Under the pieces are notes generated by a model. It searched no databases. It was not told the DNA's origin and saw nothing but the letters and a program-made list of their open reading frames with translations. A stretch of 64,000 nucleotides of DNA from assembly GCA_009914755.4 (NCBI GenBank), contig CP068257.2, positions 30,048,001 to 30,112,000 of the forward strand. Direction: 5' to 3'. Each line of letters starts with the position of its first letter. Position 1 is the first letter of the stretch. Positions 1-14,187 of the stretch are shown here, piece after piece. A program made the position numbers and the translations under genes. The DNA is from the human T2T-CHM13v2.0 reference genome, Homo sapiens.

Positions 1-2126
1 ATTAGCCGGAAAAAAATCTTACCTGAAATTCTTTACAGCAATTAACTTTGTCTACCAAAATCAATCTAGAGCCCAGAGTTACTGCCCCTCCCACCTTCCT
101 CAAGATGTCCCTCAGAGAGATTTACATTTAAGCCATTCTTCAGACTTGCACTCTGGAGCAGCCTAACAAGTGACAGCCCAGGAGAAATGGAGACAATGTG
201 TTAAAACATTTCAAGGTTTTCTGCAAGACTTTCTCCATGTTTCATTTGAAGTGCTTTGCCTTGGGAGAAACTATGGTGTGTTCATGTGTAAATTCATATC
301 CACGCCAAGTATTTGTTCTAGATTAATCACTATTTTGCATTATCCACTGTATCCAATGAACAAGGTTATATACTAAGTTGAAGGTACTGTAATTCGTATT
401 TAAGAACCATTTCTACTATATAACACTAGTGGAATAACATTAATACAATAATTAGAGTACCAATTCAAATATTTTAAAGCTTTCAAAGAAGAACACTTTT
501 ATAGGATAAGTAAACAGGCTTTTTGGGTACCAAATTAAATACCTGATATATCACTCTAGCTTATAATTTAATGTAACCAAACATCAAAATTCAAACAAAA
601 TTAAAACACAAAAATTGTTTTTTAAAAAATTACGTATTATGTTAGTACTTTGAAAACTCTACTTTCTAGAATTTTCTTCAGGCTTCCTTTTAATGTCAGT
701 GGCTAACTAGTGCATTACTAGTAGACTGGTGCTTTAATATTCTAGTAAGTGTTGCTAAAAATGAGCTACTAAAAAATCTAAAATTCTAGACAGAAACTGG
801 GCAAAGAAATCCAAACTTAAGTGAAATCATCAAAATCAAATTCCTATTGATATTGCTGGCAAAGTTATTCATCTTTTAGGCAGTTTCAGGGATCATAACG
901 ATAGCATAAAAACATTTGCGCTTGTTTAAATATAATTCACAAACCAATTCTGTCCCCACAATTTCCTGAGGTGTCCAAATCTGGAATCATCAACTCAAAT
1001 GTCTACTGAAGCCATGCCAGGACTGCAGCGCAGCACACCACTGCCTAGTAATTTAGCCACAGGCCACCAACTTGTTACTCTTGCTTTAAAACCTTTGGTA
1101 ACAAAAATTACAAGTAGGAAGTGATCTTACAAATACTCAACTCTTATTTATAAATTTTACCATCAGCTACAGTAGTGTGACAAAAACTGGTGGTAATCTC
1201 TTCATATTGATAATTAATGAATAAACATACTTGTCAAGAGGCTTTAATTTTCCATAAAAGGAATGAGTTCGACCTAGAACAGTTTTTGCTTGAAAAGATA
1301 TTTTGGATATACTGGTAACACAGTACAGATAGGTAACACAAACAAACATTTTTTTGTGTATTCTTTTTTATTGTTTGGAACACCAAAGTAACCCAAACTT
1401 TACATTTACAATGAACTTTTTAATAAAAATAGGTTGTACATATTAGAGATACATGTTATACAAAAGTTTTTGAAAAGTAAAACACAAACACTTATACAGT
1501 AAAGAGAATGAACTGAATTGCTATCATTTGCAATATTCCTTCTCTCCTAAATGACCAACAACTGTAGAATGTTACCTTTAGCTTTTATGAAACTACCACC
1601 ACTGTAGCTATTTGGGTGTGTGAGATTTCTTTAAAATCAAGTAATAATTATTGCGCATCAAGTAATTTTATATTTTCAGATTATCAGTATTACTAAAAGA
1701 ATCAAAATCTCTAAAAGTTGGTTTTATTCCCTCCAAATTCAGTAGTACAACTCAACTAATTACTCCCAAACTAACACCCGCACTTAAGTCTGATGATACA
1801 ACCAAACCATCCTTAAGGCACCCACTGCCTCTTTCCAGTATAATCAGGCTTCACTACAGAATTTTTGGAGACCCACTGAACAACTGTTTGGTGCCTAGTA
1901 CTTTAAAAATATTGCCACATTTCACAAATTAAGATCCAAGAACTCAGTTAAGTCTCGCTCACTGGAAAAACTACAGATATCTAGTAGGTGTGCTATTTAT
2001 CACTAAACTGACACATTTTCTCATTAAGCCAACTGATGGAACTTTAATATGTGTAAATTTATGATCTAATCTATCTCGAAAATATCTGAGGCAACTATGT
2101 CAAGATAAATTTTTTCCTAAAAAGTA

Positions 2127-2437
<311 letters not shown>

Positions 2438-4964
2438 TTAGAATTGCAAAAGATATTCTTCTCTAGGTCTTATAAATAACATCTATGACATTTCTTACCT
2501 GTAATATAAGCACCCACCACTCACTAAGTGCCTGCCCTACAGCAGGCCCCAAAGCAAGTGTTTTATAGATGTTAGCCCATTAAATCATCGTGACACCATT
2601 GTGTTTGTCATTTTTCTCCCCCTTTAGAGATGAGAAAACTGAAGTTTAGCATCAACTTCTAGACTTATAGTTTTCTGGTGAGCATAACAATTCCTTTTAT
2701 TATCTTAAAAGAAAACATTAGAGCACCAAGAGGAAATACCAAAGCATCTTAGTTCTGGGATTCCATCACTTGTTATCCCAACCTAATTACTGATCCTTTA
2801 GTACTGCAATACTGCAGTGTGGTCACCACATTCCTTTATCAAAATGATAAAACTGGTTAGTCTTAGATGAACCCTTCTTAACTTGCATACACATTTAAAA
2901 CTCATTCCTCTATAAGGTCAAAATTCCTGTGATATTCTTTTCAAGACTGCTGACTGAAGGCACATGGAAGGCTTTCTTTCTCATGACTGAACTAACATAT
3001 TGCATTTTAGTTCAAAGTGCTTATTTTAACAAAATTGTTTTCACTTTTCTTATGTCAAATTCTAAACCCTTCTGGATTTAGAATAGCCTTCAATTTTAAA
3101 ATTCTGTTTTAGAACGAAGATAATCATCAGAAGTAAAATATGAACAGTCCTGCATTGAAAACCACCCGCTCATGTAACAAATGTTCCCCTCTCATGGGTC
3201 CATCTAGTGGGAGGAAGATGGACATGCAAACAGTATGTCAGGTGATGATAAACGCTACGACTGATTCAGAATTTAATTACTTTTCTAGCCATGCCTAGCT
3301 TACTATGTTTTTCCAAGCTCACCGACTTCTCATCTGTGTTTGGTTGCACATGTTGGATGCAGAGGTTAAATTGTATGTTCAGTAGTGATAAGAAATAACA
3401 GGCAGGGTCTTCAAGACCTAAATGTTAAATCACAGGCAGGCTACTTACTACGCTTCACAGTTGCTTGAAAGCAGTGGTTATTAAACTCCTGGAGTTCATG
3501 AGATCTTTTCACTCATTCAATAAATTTATTAAACCCAGTAAAAAACACAAATGCAGCAATTTTACAAATAGTTTCAGGTAGTCTAACATCCATGGACCTT
3601 AGATTAGGATTCATAATCAAGGGTGTGTATGTGGGATGTGAAGAAGGGGTTGCTATCCAGATTCTGTGATTCTTGTGCAATCATGTTAATATGAAAAAAA
3701 AAAAAGCATAACAAAAAAGATGCAAAGATGTTCCCTGGTTCCTAGTCCAATGTTCCTTCTATGATATGACTTCCATTGGAAGGTAGACCTCTTAAGCAAC
3801 TTCCTCATTAAACAAATCATTTTCCATCATTATGGTAACTACACTCCTGTATCACTTGTGATAAATTTTAATCCCAAATCCTCTTTTACCATTACCCAAT
3901 CTGTGTACTAAGGGAAATAAACTCAAGGCTATTATCAGCCTAAGCTTAGTCTAGGGGAGGGCAGAATACAGTATACCATTTAAAAACAAATTGTTTTTTT
4001 ATTATAAATATAGTACATGCAAAAAATAAAAAATTCCAACAGTACTGAATAGCATAGGTGAAAAGTAAAAGTCCTCCATTACAAACCAATGTCTCACAGT
4101 CCTACATCTCAGAGGTAATCAATAGGTTCTTTCCTAAAACAACTCAGATTATGAAAGCAAACAGGCATATGCATATACCTTTGAAAAATACTATGGGCTC
4201 ACAGGACTAGAACACTGTAATACTCTCAAGATATTAACTTCCAATTAGGGGATTCAAGTGTTAATTATATTTGGCAATACCACTTCAAATACAACAATTT
4301 GTTAATTTAAAAGATGGTCTACTGTAACAAGCATGTGATGTATTTATTCATAACTTAAGCAGGCAAGAGTAAGCCTGCTTAAAGATGTAAAAGATCTAAG
4401 TCACATCGCCCTTGATCACAGTATTGAAGTTGTGGGTAAAAAGTACAACAGATAAACTCCAGCCAAGTAAACTGAGAGTGAGTGGGAAAGTGGTACCTCA
4501 GGCTGCGCAACTGTTACTTAGAAAACAAAGCCATTTTATTGGAATGTATCAAAGATGATTTCTTTGCTAGCCCACAAAGAACGCTACCCAAGTCCAGGGG
4601 TTTCAGATAGATAATAATTGGTCCAGACAGAGAAAAACCTATGCCGTTAAAGAAGTATCTCCTAAAAGCTGGGAAGAGACTAAGGTTAAGTGAATTACGA
4701 ACTCTGTACCAATTCCTTTGCACAGAGATTACTTTTAATCATTTTTCTATACCAAATAAGGATGTGAAGATCCAAACTTTTATTCAAGACAGACAAACAT
4801 GATTTTGTCTTTGAGATTCTCTCTTGGTAAAGATCAAGTACACATATTTGACTTTAAGAGGAAGATCTTCCTCAAAAACAAACAAACAAACAAAACAACC
4901 AAAAAAGCCAGTCTTGGAAATAATTTTACCAAAATTAACATTGTTTTTTTAAAAAAATCTAACT

Positions 4965-4998
4965 TGGGGATGGGTGGGGGGGTGGGGGGGGGTGGGGC
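4965..4998 (+). other. G-run tract (ggggatgggtgggggggtgggggggggtggggcaagg) in SCAF4 intron 19, 34 nt from the exon-19 5' splice site; C-rich on the pre-mRNA
   Basis: Read directly. Four or more G3+ runs on the plus strand. Confidence 0.9.
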
Positions 4999-5031
4999 AA
5001 GGAAAACTAATGATAAAAAAAAATAACTTAC

Positions 5032-5223
5032 CAAGAAGTGAAACAGGCTGGGTTACAGGAGGGGTGGGCAGATTCGTGGGTGCAGCAGGTGGCACGGCAG
5101 AGCCATACATTTTCACGCTGTCACCAGACTCGGCGTTTCCTCTAGCCCCAGACACCACTGTTGGAATGGGATTTCCAATAGATAAGTCTTTTGTAGTGTC
5201 TTCATTTATACCAGCGATAGTAG
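5032..5223 (-). CDS. SCAF4: SCAF4 exon 19: (S)TIAGINEDTTKDLSIGNPIPTVVSGARGNAESGDSVKMYGSAVPPAAPTNLPTPPVTQPVSLL(G). Last coding exon I can place; downstream exons not found in 1-5031.
   Basis: Acceptor ccttag|CT ACT, donor G|gtaagtt. 192 nt, phase 1 to 1. Overlaps ORF 4949..5158(-). Confidence 0.75.
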
Positions 5224-5380
5224 CTAAGGAATATAATTATATCAACATGTGAAGCTGAATAATTAATTATCTCCCGGTCAACATTCTTATGCCATACTAT
5301 AGATCCTATTACCGCTTCACTCTCCCTCCTACACCCAGCTCCAAGAGGATAAGCAAACACAAAGAAAAAAACATGCTTAC

Positions 5381-5467
5381 AGTTTGGGATGCTTATTGGT
5401 GGAGTGTGAGGAGGAGGAATGGATACTGGTGGAGTTATAGGAGGTGGGGGTCCAGGAGGCAGAAAAC
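5381..5467 (-). CDS. SCAF4: SCAF4 exon 18: (G)FLPPGPPPPITPPVSIPPPHTPPISIPN(S)
   Basis: Acceptor ttattctag|GT TTT, donor T|gtaagca. 87 nt, phase 1 to 1. Confidence 0.75.
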
Positions 5468-5550
5468 CTAGAATAAGAAAAATAATGTCAACTTATGCTG
5501 TATCACTCCATCGCAGGCTCTAAAGTATGTTCACAGACAATTTAGTGTAC

Positions 5551-5716
5551 CTGGTGGTAAATGCATTGGGTTGAATCCTGGGCGCAAAAATGGTGGAGGA
5601 GGAGGGGGAGGAGGAACACCAGGACCAAAGCCTGGAGGCGGTATTCCCAGAGGAGGCGTGAAAGCAGGCGGCTGGAGAGCACCAACTACAGGTGGACCCG
5701 GTTGATGTGGTGGGAC
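5551..5716 (-). CDS. SCAF4: SCAF4 exon 17 (Pro-rich): VPPHQPGPPVVGALQPPAFTPPLGIPPPGFGPGVPPPPPPPPFLRPGFNPMHLPP(G)
   Basis: Acceptor tttctag|GTC, donor G|gtacact. 166 nt, phase 0 to 1. Overlaps ORF 5520..5780(-). Confidence 0.8.
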
Positions 5717-5872
5717 CTAGAAAGAAAGATAAAAGAATAAACCACCTATCTAGACACCCTCCCATCCACACAGTAAGCACAGATAAAAGAGCAAACTGTT
5801 GAAAAAATAGATGTTTCTTAATTTGTGCTTATTAGACCAATTTATTAAATAACAGGTGGTAGTTAACTTCTA

Positions 5873-6251
<379 letters not shown>

Positions 6252-6596
6252 TTATGACAGCAATTTCACACTATATTTCACCAGTGTTTATTGGTGTTCT
6301 GACATCATGTAATACATTTTAAAATGTTCCATGGTCCTTTCAGCAATACAGCTTTAAGACAGGCTACTTGGCAATTTACACAATGGCTAAGATCACAGGT
6401 CCTGGAGCCAAACTGTCTGCTTCTCCCACCCGCTTTAGTTAGCTGTGTGACCTTGAGCAAGCTATTTAAATTCTCTAAAACGGCAAAGTGCCAACCACAC
6501 ATAATTATGCAGATTAAATGAGTTAATACATACTAAGTGCTGGTGCCTGGCACTTAAATACCCAACAAACGTTAGCTATTTTTTTTTTTAAGATAA

Positions 6597-6925
6597 ATTT
6601 TAACAACCCCCCCAGCCACGGACCATTACCAGTCTATGGCCTGTTAGGAAACGGGCCACACAGCAGTGGGCAAGCAAGCACCACCTCCTGAGCTCTGCCT
6701 TCTGTCAGATCAGCGGCGGCATTAGATTGTCATAGGAGCATGAACCCTGTCGTGAAATGCACATGTCAGGGATCTAGCTTGTGCAGTTCTTATGAGAATC
6801 TAACTAATGCCTGATGATCTGAGGTGGAGCAGCTTTATCCTGAAACCATCTTCCACTCCAGTCCATGGAAAAATTGCCTTCCAAGAAACTGGTCCCTGGT
6901 GCCGGAAAGGTTGGAGACCACTATC
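6597..6925. repeat. Interspersed repeat of a recognisable high-copy human family (motifs ggcctgttaggaa.cgggcc.cacagcag...ctgtcagatcagcggcggcattagatt..cataggagc...ccatggaaaaattg.cttcca.gaaac.ggtccctggtgcc); exact family not resolved
   Basis: Sequence memory of a repeat consensus with terminal inverted-repeat-like ends. I cannot name the family without RepeatMasker. Confidence 0.4.
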
Positions 6926-7807
6926 TGAACAGATCAGGCAGCTTTCTGTAAATGAGTGCTGACACACATTGAATTTTGCTTAGAACCTGCACTGGAGGGG
7001 CATATCCAGAAGGTCAGCTGAAGAGTTTGCCAACTAGGGGAGTCCATTTAAATCACAGCCAAGAATGTACCAAAGCATACAGTTTTCCCCTCACATTGAG
7101 AAAATGAAGACACAATTCACTTTCATGATAGCTCAGATTTATCTGATTCAGATTTAATGTGAGAAACTGAGGAAGGAAGACAAGAAAAATCCAGTAGATC
7201 ACACATAGAACTATGGGTCAAGTTCTTATAATTTTCAAAGGGTTTTTCATTTTTCGGCCCTTATGACGTGACAAAAAACATACTGAGTACTTAACATATA
7301 TTATCTCATTTAACCCTCAAAACAACTCTAACACATGAGGAATGCCAAAGCCAGGAAAGGGAATTTGCACATTTACAAATAGGAAACTGAAGCTTATAAG
7401 TGAAGTTACATGCCAAATACCATACTGCTGAATATAAACAACAGAGTTGAGAATTAAACCCAGTTCTACCAGAATCTAGTATTGCTTTTCAAGTAACAGG
7501 TTGGCTGACTAGACAGCAAATATTTTATAATAAGAACACATCTTCATGTTAAATGGCATTTATTATGAAGTTTTCAATCCATTTAAAAATTTCATAAGGA
7601 TAGCATCCAAGGTGAAAATTAAGAAAATCCCTGTCCCTCAAAGCAGCAGCTTATTGGGTACATATCCAAGTTTCTTCAGGACACAAAGTCCCTGAAGAAT
7701 GAAGACTCAGAAAAAAAGTAGGCAGAGCCTATGAAACTTGATACTGAATAATCTGGATGGATAGATGTAAGACAATATACATTTATTTTGGTTGTATAAA
7801 CATTTAT

Positions 7808-8096
7808 GGGCCAGGCACGGTGGCTCACACCTGTAATCCCAGCACTTTGGGAGGCCAAGGCAGGCAGATCACTTGAGGCCAGGAGTTTGATACGAGCCTG
7901 GCCAGCATGGTGAAGCCCCGTCTCTACTAAAAATACAAAAATTAGCCAGGTGTGGTGGCAAATGCCTGTAATCCTGTAATCCCAGCTATTCAGGTGGCTG
8001 AGGCAAGAGGGTCGGCTTGAATCTGGGAGGTGGAAGTTGCAGTGAGCCAACATCACCACCACATTCCAGCTTGGGCAACAAAGAGAGACTCTGTCT

Positions 8097-8129
<33 letters not shown>
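7808..8129 (+). mobile_element. Alu SINE with 31-nt poly(A) tail and internal 8-bp duplication (cctgtaatcctgtaatccc)
   Basis: Alu consensus match, A31 at 8098-8129. Confidence 0.9.
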
Positions 8130-8131
<2 letters not shown>

Positions 8132-8290
8132 GAAGAATATAAAATTTAAATCTGATAAAACATGAAAAATGTAATATGCACATATATGTACTCATGTTTT
8201 TTACTATGAATCCAGACATATATCTACAGTAAGATTTAGAAAGGGACCTTTCAGGCACTTAAAGTTTAAGTCATGTCCCAATATTCTCAC

Positions 8291-8448
8291 CTGTGGAGGT
8301 GGCACTGTTATAGGTGCAGGAACAGGAATAGGAGGGACAGGCACAGGTAATGGTTTAGGTATGGGTGATACTGGTTCTGTGTGTGAGGTTTCAGCACCTC
8401 CATTTTGAGCAACTTCATTTTCAGGCTTCTTAGGAATTCCTTTCCAAT
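8291..8448 (-). CDS. SCAF4: SCAF4 exon 16: (D)WKGIPKKPENEVAQNGGAETSHTEPVSPIPKPLPVPVPPIPVPAPITVPPPQ
   Basis: Acceptor ctcacag|AT TGG, donor CAG|gtgagaat. 158 nt, phase 1 to 0. Confidence 0.85.
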
Positions 8449-9252
8449 CTGTGAGCGTGAAAGAAATTTAACAAGAGTTTACCATTTTCAGTTTGTAACT
8501 TTAAATCTAGAAATGAAAAATGTTGATTATAAAAACCTAGCCCAGTTATTAAAGAAATTCCCATGCTAATTTTAGAAATAGTAATTATTTAAATTAACAA
8601 CAATAGAAACATGTAAAAGAATGCATACTGTGTGCCAGGCACTGTCACAAGCACTCTATTTATACTAGCTTATTTAGTTCTCATAACCATTTACAAGTAG
8701 ATACTACTATTATTCCCATTTCACAAATGAGAAAAGCAAAGACAGCTTGCCCAAGATCACATTCTTGGTAAATGGCAGGGACGGATTCAACTCAGACACA
8801 TTTGGTTCTAGAGTCCATGTTCTTAACCACAAGAATGTATTATTTAAAGTATTAGAAATAAAGGATAATGAAACACCCAATATTTCCTGAACACATTTCA
8901 CTAATATTAAAGAATAACTTAAACTTCCCACCTATTTCCACATATCTTCTAGTCAAGTGAAAACAAAACTGTCTTTCTGCTCCGTCCTCTGAGGCTCTGG
9001 CTCCATCAGATTCTCCTATATTCTTGAGCTTTTCAATACATTCTCCACTGGACCATGAGCCCCAAGATTACACCATCTTCTTCTTTTTACCACTGTCTAG
9101 CGCCTCCCAGATGTCCAGCACATAGTAGGCCCTCAATACCTGATTGCCTTAACACAAATCTAGCTCTATCCTTAGATGAAGGCTTTGTACATCCAGGGAG
9201 GGAGTGGGATGTGGGAATAGTACAGCATTGTTTCATCTCTTTTTGGCTCTGA

Positions 9253-9594
<342 letters not shown>

Positions 9595-9631
9595 TGAAGC
9601 TTCCTTTAAATGTTCTTTCTGAGGGCGGTGA

Positions 9632-9947
<316 letters not shown>

Positions 9948-10173
9948 CTATACTGCCATGCCATCCTATGCTCCTCCTGTTCCTCTGTCTAGCAATCTCC
10001 AGGTCATGCCCATGCATTCTGTGATTTTCCCCCCTGCAATCTCACTGTCAATCTGGCATTTTAAATATTTATGCCCACAAATAACTGCAATTCATTGTCT
10101 TATACGTTTACTTTAGATTGCTTCTCTGGACATCTAAAACTTTCCAAGGTAATTATCATGAAGCACTGGATTA

Positions 10174-10483
<310 letters not shown>

Positions 10484-10780
10484 ACATAATACCAAAGATG
10501 CTCAGTTAAGACCTATATGATTTATTAAGTTTCACAGGAAAAGTTCTACTTAATTCTGTAATTCATAGATCCCATAATCAGTTAAGTATTTCACTTGTGT
10601 TTGCATCTCTTTTGTCTCATTCACTATTTAACCCTCAGTTTATAATGGAGATACTGACACAGGAGGGATCCTAAAAAATCTCAAAAATCACGTCCTAATG
10701 CAAGGAACAGGACATTCGATTTGTCATATGTACTACCAAGCAAATAAGTGAACTGTAAGAGAAATTAAATACTGCTTTAC

Positions 10781-10937
10781 CTGGGTTAAGTGTGTCACTG
10801 TCCAACATTCCTCCTTCACAAAAACTCTCCAGTTCCTCAGGCTTGACTTTGTCCCATGGAATATAAGTAACACCAAGTTCTACATCCCAATACTGCTTAT
10901 AATCTGCCTTTATTCCTTTGTTTAAGGCCCAGGCAAT
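10781..10937 (-). CDS. SCAF4: SCAF4 exon 15: IAWALNKGIKADYKQYWDVELGVTYIPWDKVKPEELESFCEGGMLDSDTLNP(D)
   Basis: Acceptor atag|ATT, donor G|gtaaagc. 157 nt, phase 0 to 1. Confidence 0.85.
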
Positions 10938-11800
10938 CTATTTCACCATTAGTGAAAATATAAAAAGAAAACAAAGCAAGGTCGTAAGTCTTGAGGGTAT
11001 TATTCTCTATCATTCTATCCATTCCGACTCGGGCACCAAGGGAGCAATCTGGACCAGCTAGGCTTGGATCTCATTCAAAGCCTTATTCTCACTACAGAAC
11101 TGGTTACCCTTTAATTCTCACTTTGTCCTAGGATGGAAATTTCACTGGCATCTTCTCCTTACCAACTCTCACCCAACCCAGCCAACATAAAACTTAGAGA
11201 AAAGGAAAAAGTTTAACAGGGAAAGGCTGAAGTTCCCTGAATAGCCTAGTAGTATACTGGGGACTACTTTTCCAAGTCTAGGGGTGCCTTGTAATTACTT
11301 AACATCAGACAAAATCTTTTTGCAGTGCAATCCAGCGGTAGAATGGGGTGTTAAGACACTGAAGAAACACTGACTTTAGCTCCTTAGGGGAAAAATACCC
11401 ATATACCTATATGTTTTTCTCCACCTTTGGTGAATATTTTTCAGTTAATTCTAAGATGGCAAACTTTAAAAATACAGTATCCAAATTTTTTGAACAGGAC
11501 AAAACATATTGCTAAAAGACATTATATTTAAAGCACTAATTTACCATGATGAACCCATCTACATTTAGGAAAAACAAAACAAAACAAATTCTACCATGCA
11601 CGTAACATTTACAATTTTATGCTGAAACACTGGAGTTCTTTTAGGAAATATTCTTTAAAAAAAAAAAAAAAAAAAGATGCACATGAAATGCCTCAGTGTT
11701 GAAAGTCATTTCGAAGACCCAAATTAGTTTTTATATGCCACATATTTTTCCCCTTCTGCCTATTTAAAAAAAAAATTAATTATAACATGTAAGACTGTAC

Positions 11801-11914
11801 CTTTATGGATTTCTGGTTCACTTTATAGTTTCCTCGGCTCAGTTTCTGCAGGGCACGATAGGCATCTTGCCTATGAACCATAACAATATAGGCACAACCC
11901 CTGGGAGGAATCAT
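11801..11914 (-). CDS. SCAF4: SCAF4 exon 14 (RRM): MIPPRGCAYIVMVHRQDAYRALQKLSRGNYKVNQKSIK
   Basis: Acceptor gagcag|ATG, donor AAG|gtacag. 114 nt, phase 0 to 0. RNP1-like RGCAYI. Confidence 0.9.
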
Positions 11915-12332
11915 CTGCTCCAAAACATTTTAATATTATAAAAGATAACAAAATTGAAAAGCAACAAGATACAACACCAAGTAAGCAGTTCCAACAATCC
12001 CATCCCTCACCCCATGCTATATAATGTAAGGTTAAATTCATTTCTAAGTTGGCAATTCAAGTTTGGTCTCAACTGAGTCCTCCAAGCTTTGTTATATAAA
12101 GACTTACCTAGAAATGTTTGAAATTAAACTTGGTTATCCAAGAAATGTTAAATACAAAGAATTCTAAGAAATGTTAAATACAGATAATTCTAAACGTGGA
12201 CTCTGAACACCTAAATTCTAGTCACATCTATAAACCTGGGCAAATTGTAACTTTGGTCTCAGGTCCTCCATTTCATAAAATGACATTAATCACACCTGTC
12301 CATCGTACTTAAAAAACTGAATAAACACTCAC

Positions 12333-12433
12333 ATTAATTGATTCAATTGGACCAAACTCTTCCAAGAGACTGGCAACATCCTGCTGAGTAGTTCTTTTGT
12401 CCAGCTGCCCCACCCAGAGGGTAGTACTGCAAA
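12333..12433 (-). CDS. SCAF4: SCAF4 exon 13 (RRM start): (V)CSTTLWVGQLDKRTTQQDVASLLEEFGPIESIN
   Basis: Acceptor ttttaag|TT TGC, donor AAT|gtgagtg. 101 nt, phase 1 to 0. RNP-type motif. Paralogous to SCAF8 SVCSTTLWVGQVDK. Confidence 0.85.
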
Positions 12434-13277
12434 CTTAAAATAAAATTACAATCATAAAGAGATTCACATTTGATAATGAGCAGCACTGTAGCTTACATTA
12501 AAAAATCATTACACAAAATATTCATGAACTATATTACAACACCACAAGTTTAAATAGTAAATCTCACATACATTTTAAAAATTCTAGAAAACTGCATTAG
12601 TACTTCCAGAAAGAGAACTGGGATAGTGAAAGATATACATAAAAGTTGGAAAAAACTGGTTTTTTTGTAGATGGATCTAAAGATTACATCTATAAAAACT
12701 GAAGCCAGGGAAGCAATAACTTGCCCACCTCACCCTGCCAATGAACAGCAGAACTAGGATTGGAGCTCAAGTCTCTTGATTACCAACCAGCTCAGTGCTT
12801 TGTTCACTTGCATGTAACTGTCCTTTCTCCACTCTTAAGTGTTGATGGTTTTTCTTTTATGTTGTGTCCTAGGTGATAAGCCTTATGGAATCAGAAATCT
12901 TACATATGCCCTAGTCATATTATAAATTAAAATCTTAGTCATCTTAATAGTTACTGATTTATATCAAATATATGTCTAGCACACCTTACTAAATGTATTC
13001 TGAAGACATCTGATGAGATTCAGAAAATAATGCAAGTGAATACATTCTGTAAATTTTTGGTTCACTCCTTACTGCTGCTTTATAGCTGGTTTAAGGTACG
13101 AAAGCAAATCTAAGGGTATACATCAATGAATAAACAAGGCACAAGAAAGCAATATTTCAAATAAAAATCAACACAGTGGTAACATTTCTTTTATAGTTTT
13201 GCTAACAGTTATAAAACACTTTAAACCCAAGACATGAAAAAATAGTACATGAGGTTTGAATATAAAGGTTGAGTTAC

Positions 13278-13468
13278 CACTTGCAGTTTCCGGTTTCACT
13301 TGAGGGAGGCCTTTTTGTCGACGTTCTCTCTCTTTTTCTCGATCCCGTCTTTCTTGAGATCGAGATCGGGGAGAATGTCGGCGTCTATCCCTGGACCGAG
13401 ATCGAGAACGTCGATGCCGAGACCTTCGAGATCTAGAACCAGATCTAGATCGCCTCCTTTTTGGTGAC
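13278..13468 (-). CDS. SCAF4: SCAF4 exon 12 (RS domain): (R)SPKRRRSRSGSRSRRSRHRRSRSRSRDRRRHSPRSRSQERRDREKERERRQKGLPQVKPETAS(V)
   Basis: Acceptor attag|G TCA, donor G|gtaact. 191 nt, phase 2 to 1. Overlaps ORF 13168..13533(-). Arg/Ser dipeptide repeats typical of SR-related proteins. Confidence 0.9.
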
Positions 13469-14187
13469 CTAATGTTTTCAAGAGAAGGGAGAATGCATAG
13501 CATATAGACAAAAACCAGAAAATATAAGCACATACTAATTAAAACAGAACAAAAACTAGGTAATTTAATGTTTGGGTATGTAAGAATGCAATACCTGAGA
13601 ATTCATTTTACAGATTTAGTATGTCCCAAATTAGAAATCATGCACATTATTTAAATAAAATACACAATGTTGACAGCTTATATAAGTATCTGTCATCTTC
13701 AGTGCCGTCTGGTACTATATAAAATTACATCCTTGTAATTTAAGTAGCTAATTTTCACAGTTGAGATACACTGCTACTACTGTTACCTATCTTCTTAGTA
13801 AAGTATTTTCTGCAGCAATTAAAAACATTCTCTGATTACAGCATTACTGTGATCTTTCCACTTTTGCTGGCTGATAAAGCTGTAATGGAACTTTGAAAAT
13901 ATAGTTCTTCTAATATCACATACTGATTACCTATGTATAGAATTATATCTTCAAAATTCCGTTACATCTGAGCAACTTAAATATAGGGAAAAAAAGTAAG
14001 ATGAATGATGTAGTTTTTTTTTTTACATCAATACTTCACCTGCCCCCTTCTACACACATATACAAATACAAACATACCAACTGTTATTTTACTAACATTC
14101 TGAATATCTGAAAATAACCCAATCTAATTTTAATTTCTATGTCCCCTAAGATATACAGGGTTGGAAAAAACATTTTCTATAAATTAC

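Noticed and set aside
13296-13511. Alternative-frame ORF over the RS exon (…DLDLVLDLEGLGIDVLDLGPGID…)
   Set aside because: It is the antisense or off-frame reading of the Arg/Ser repeat codons. The true frame (RSRSR) is fixed by phase continuity with exons 11 and 13.
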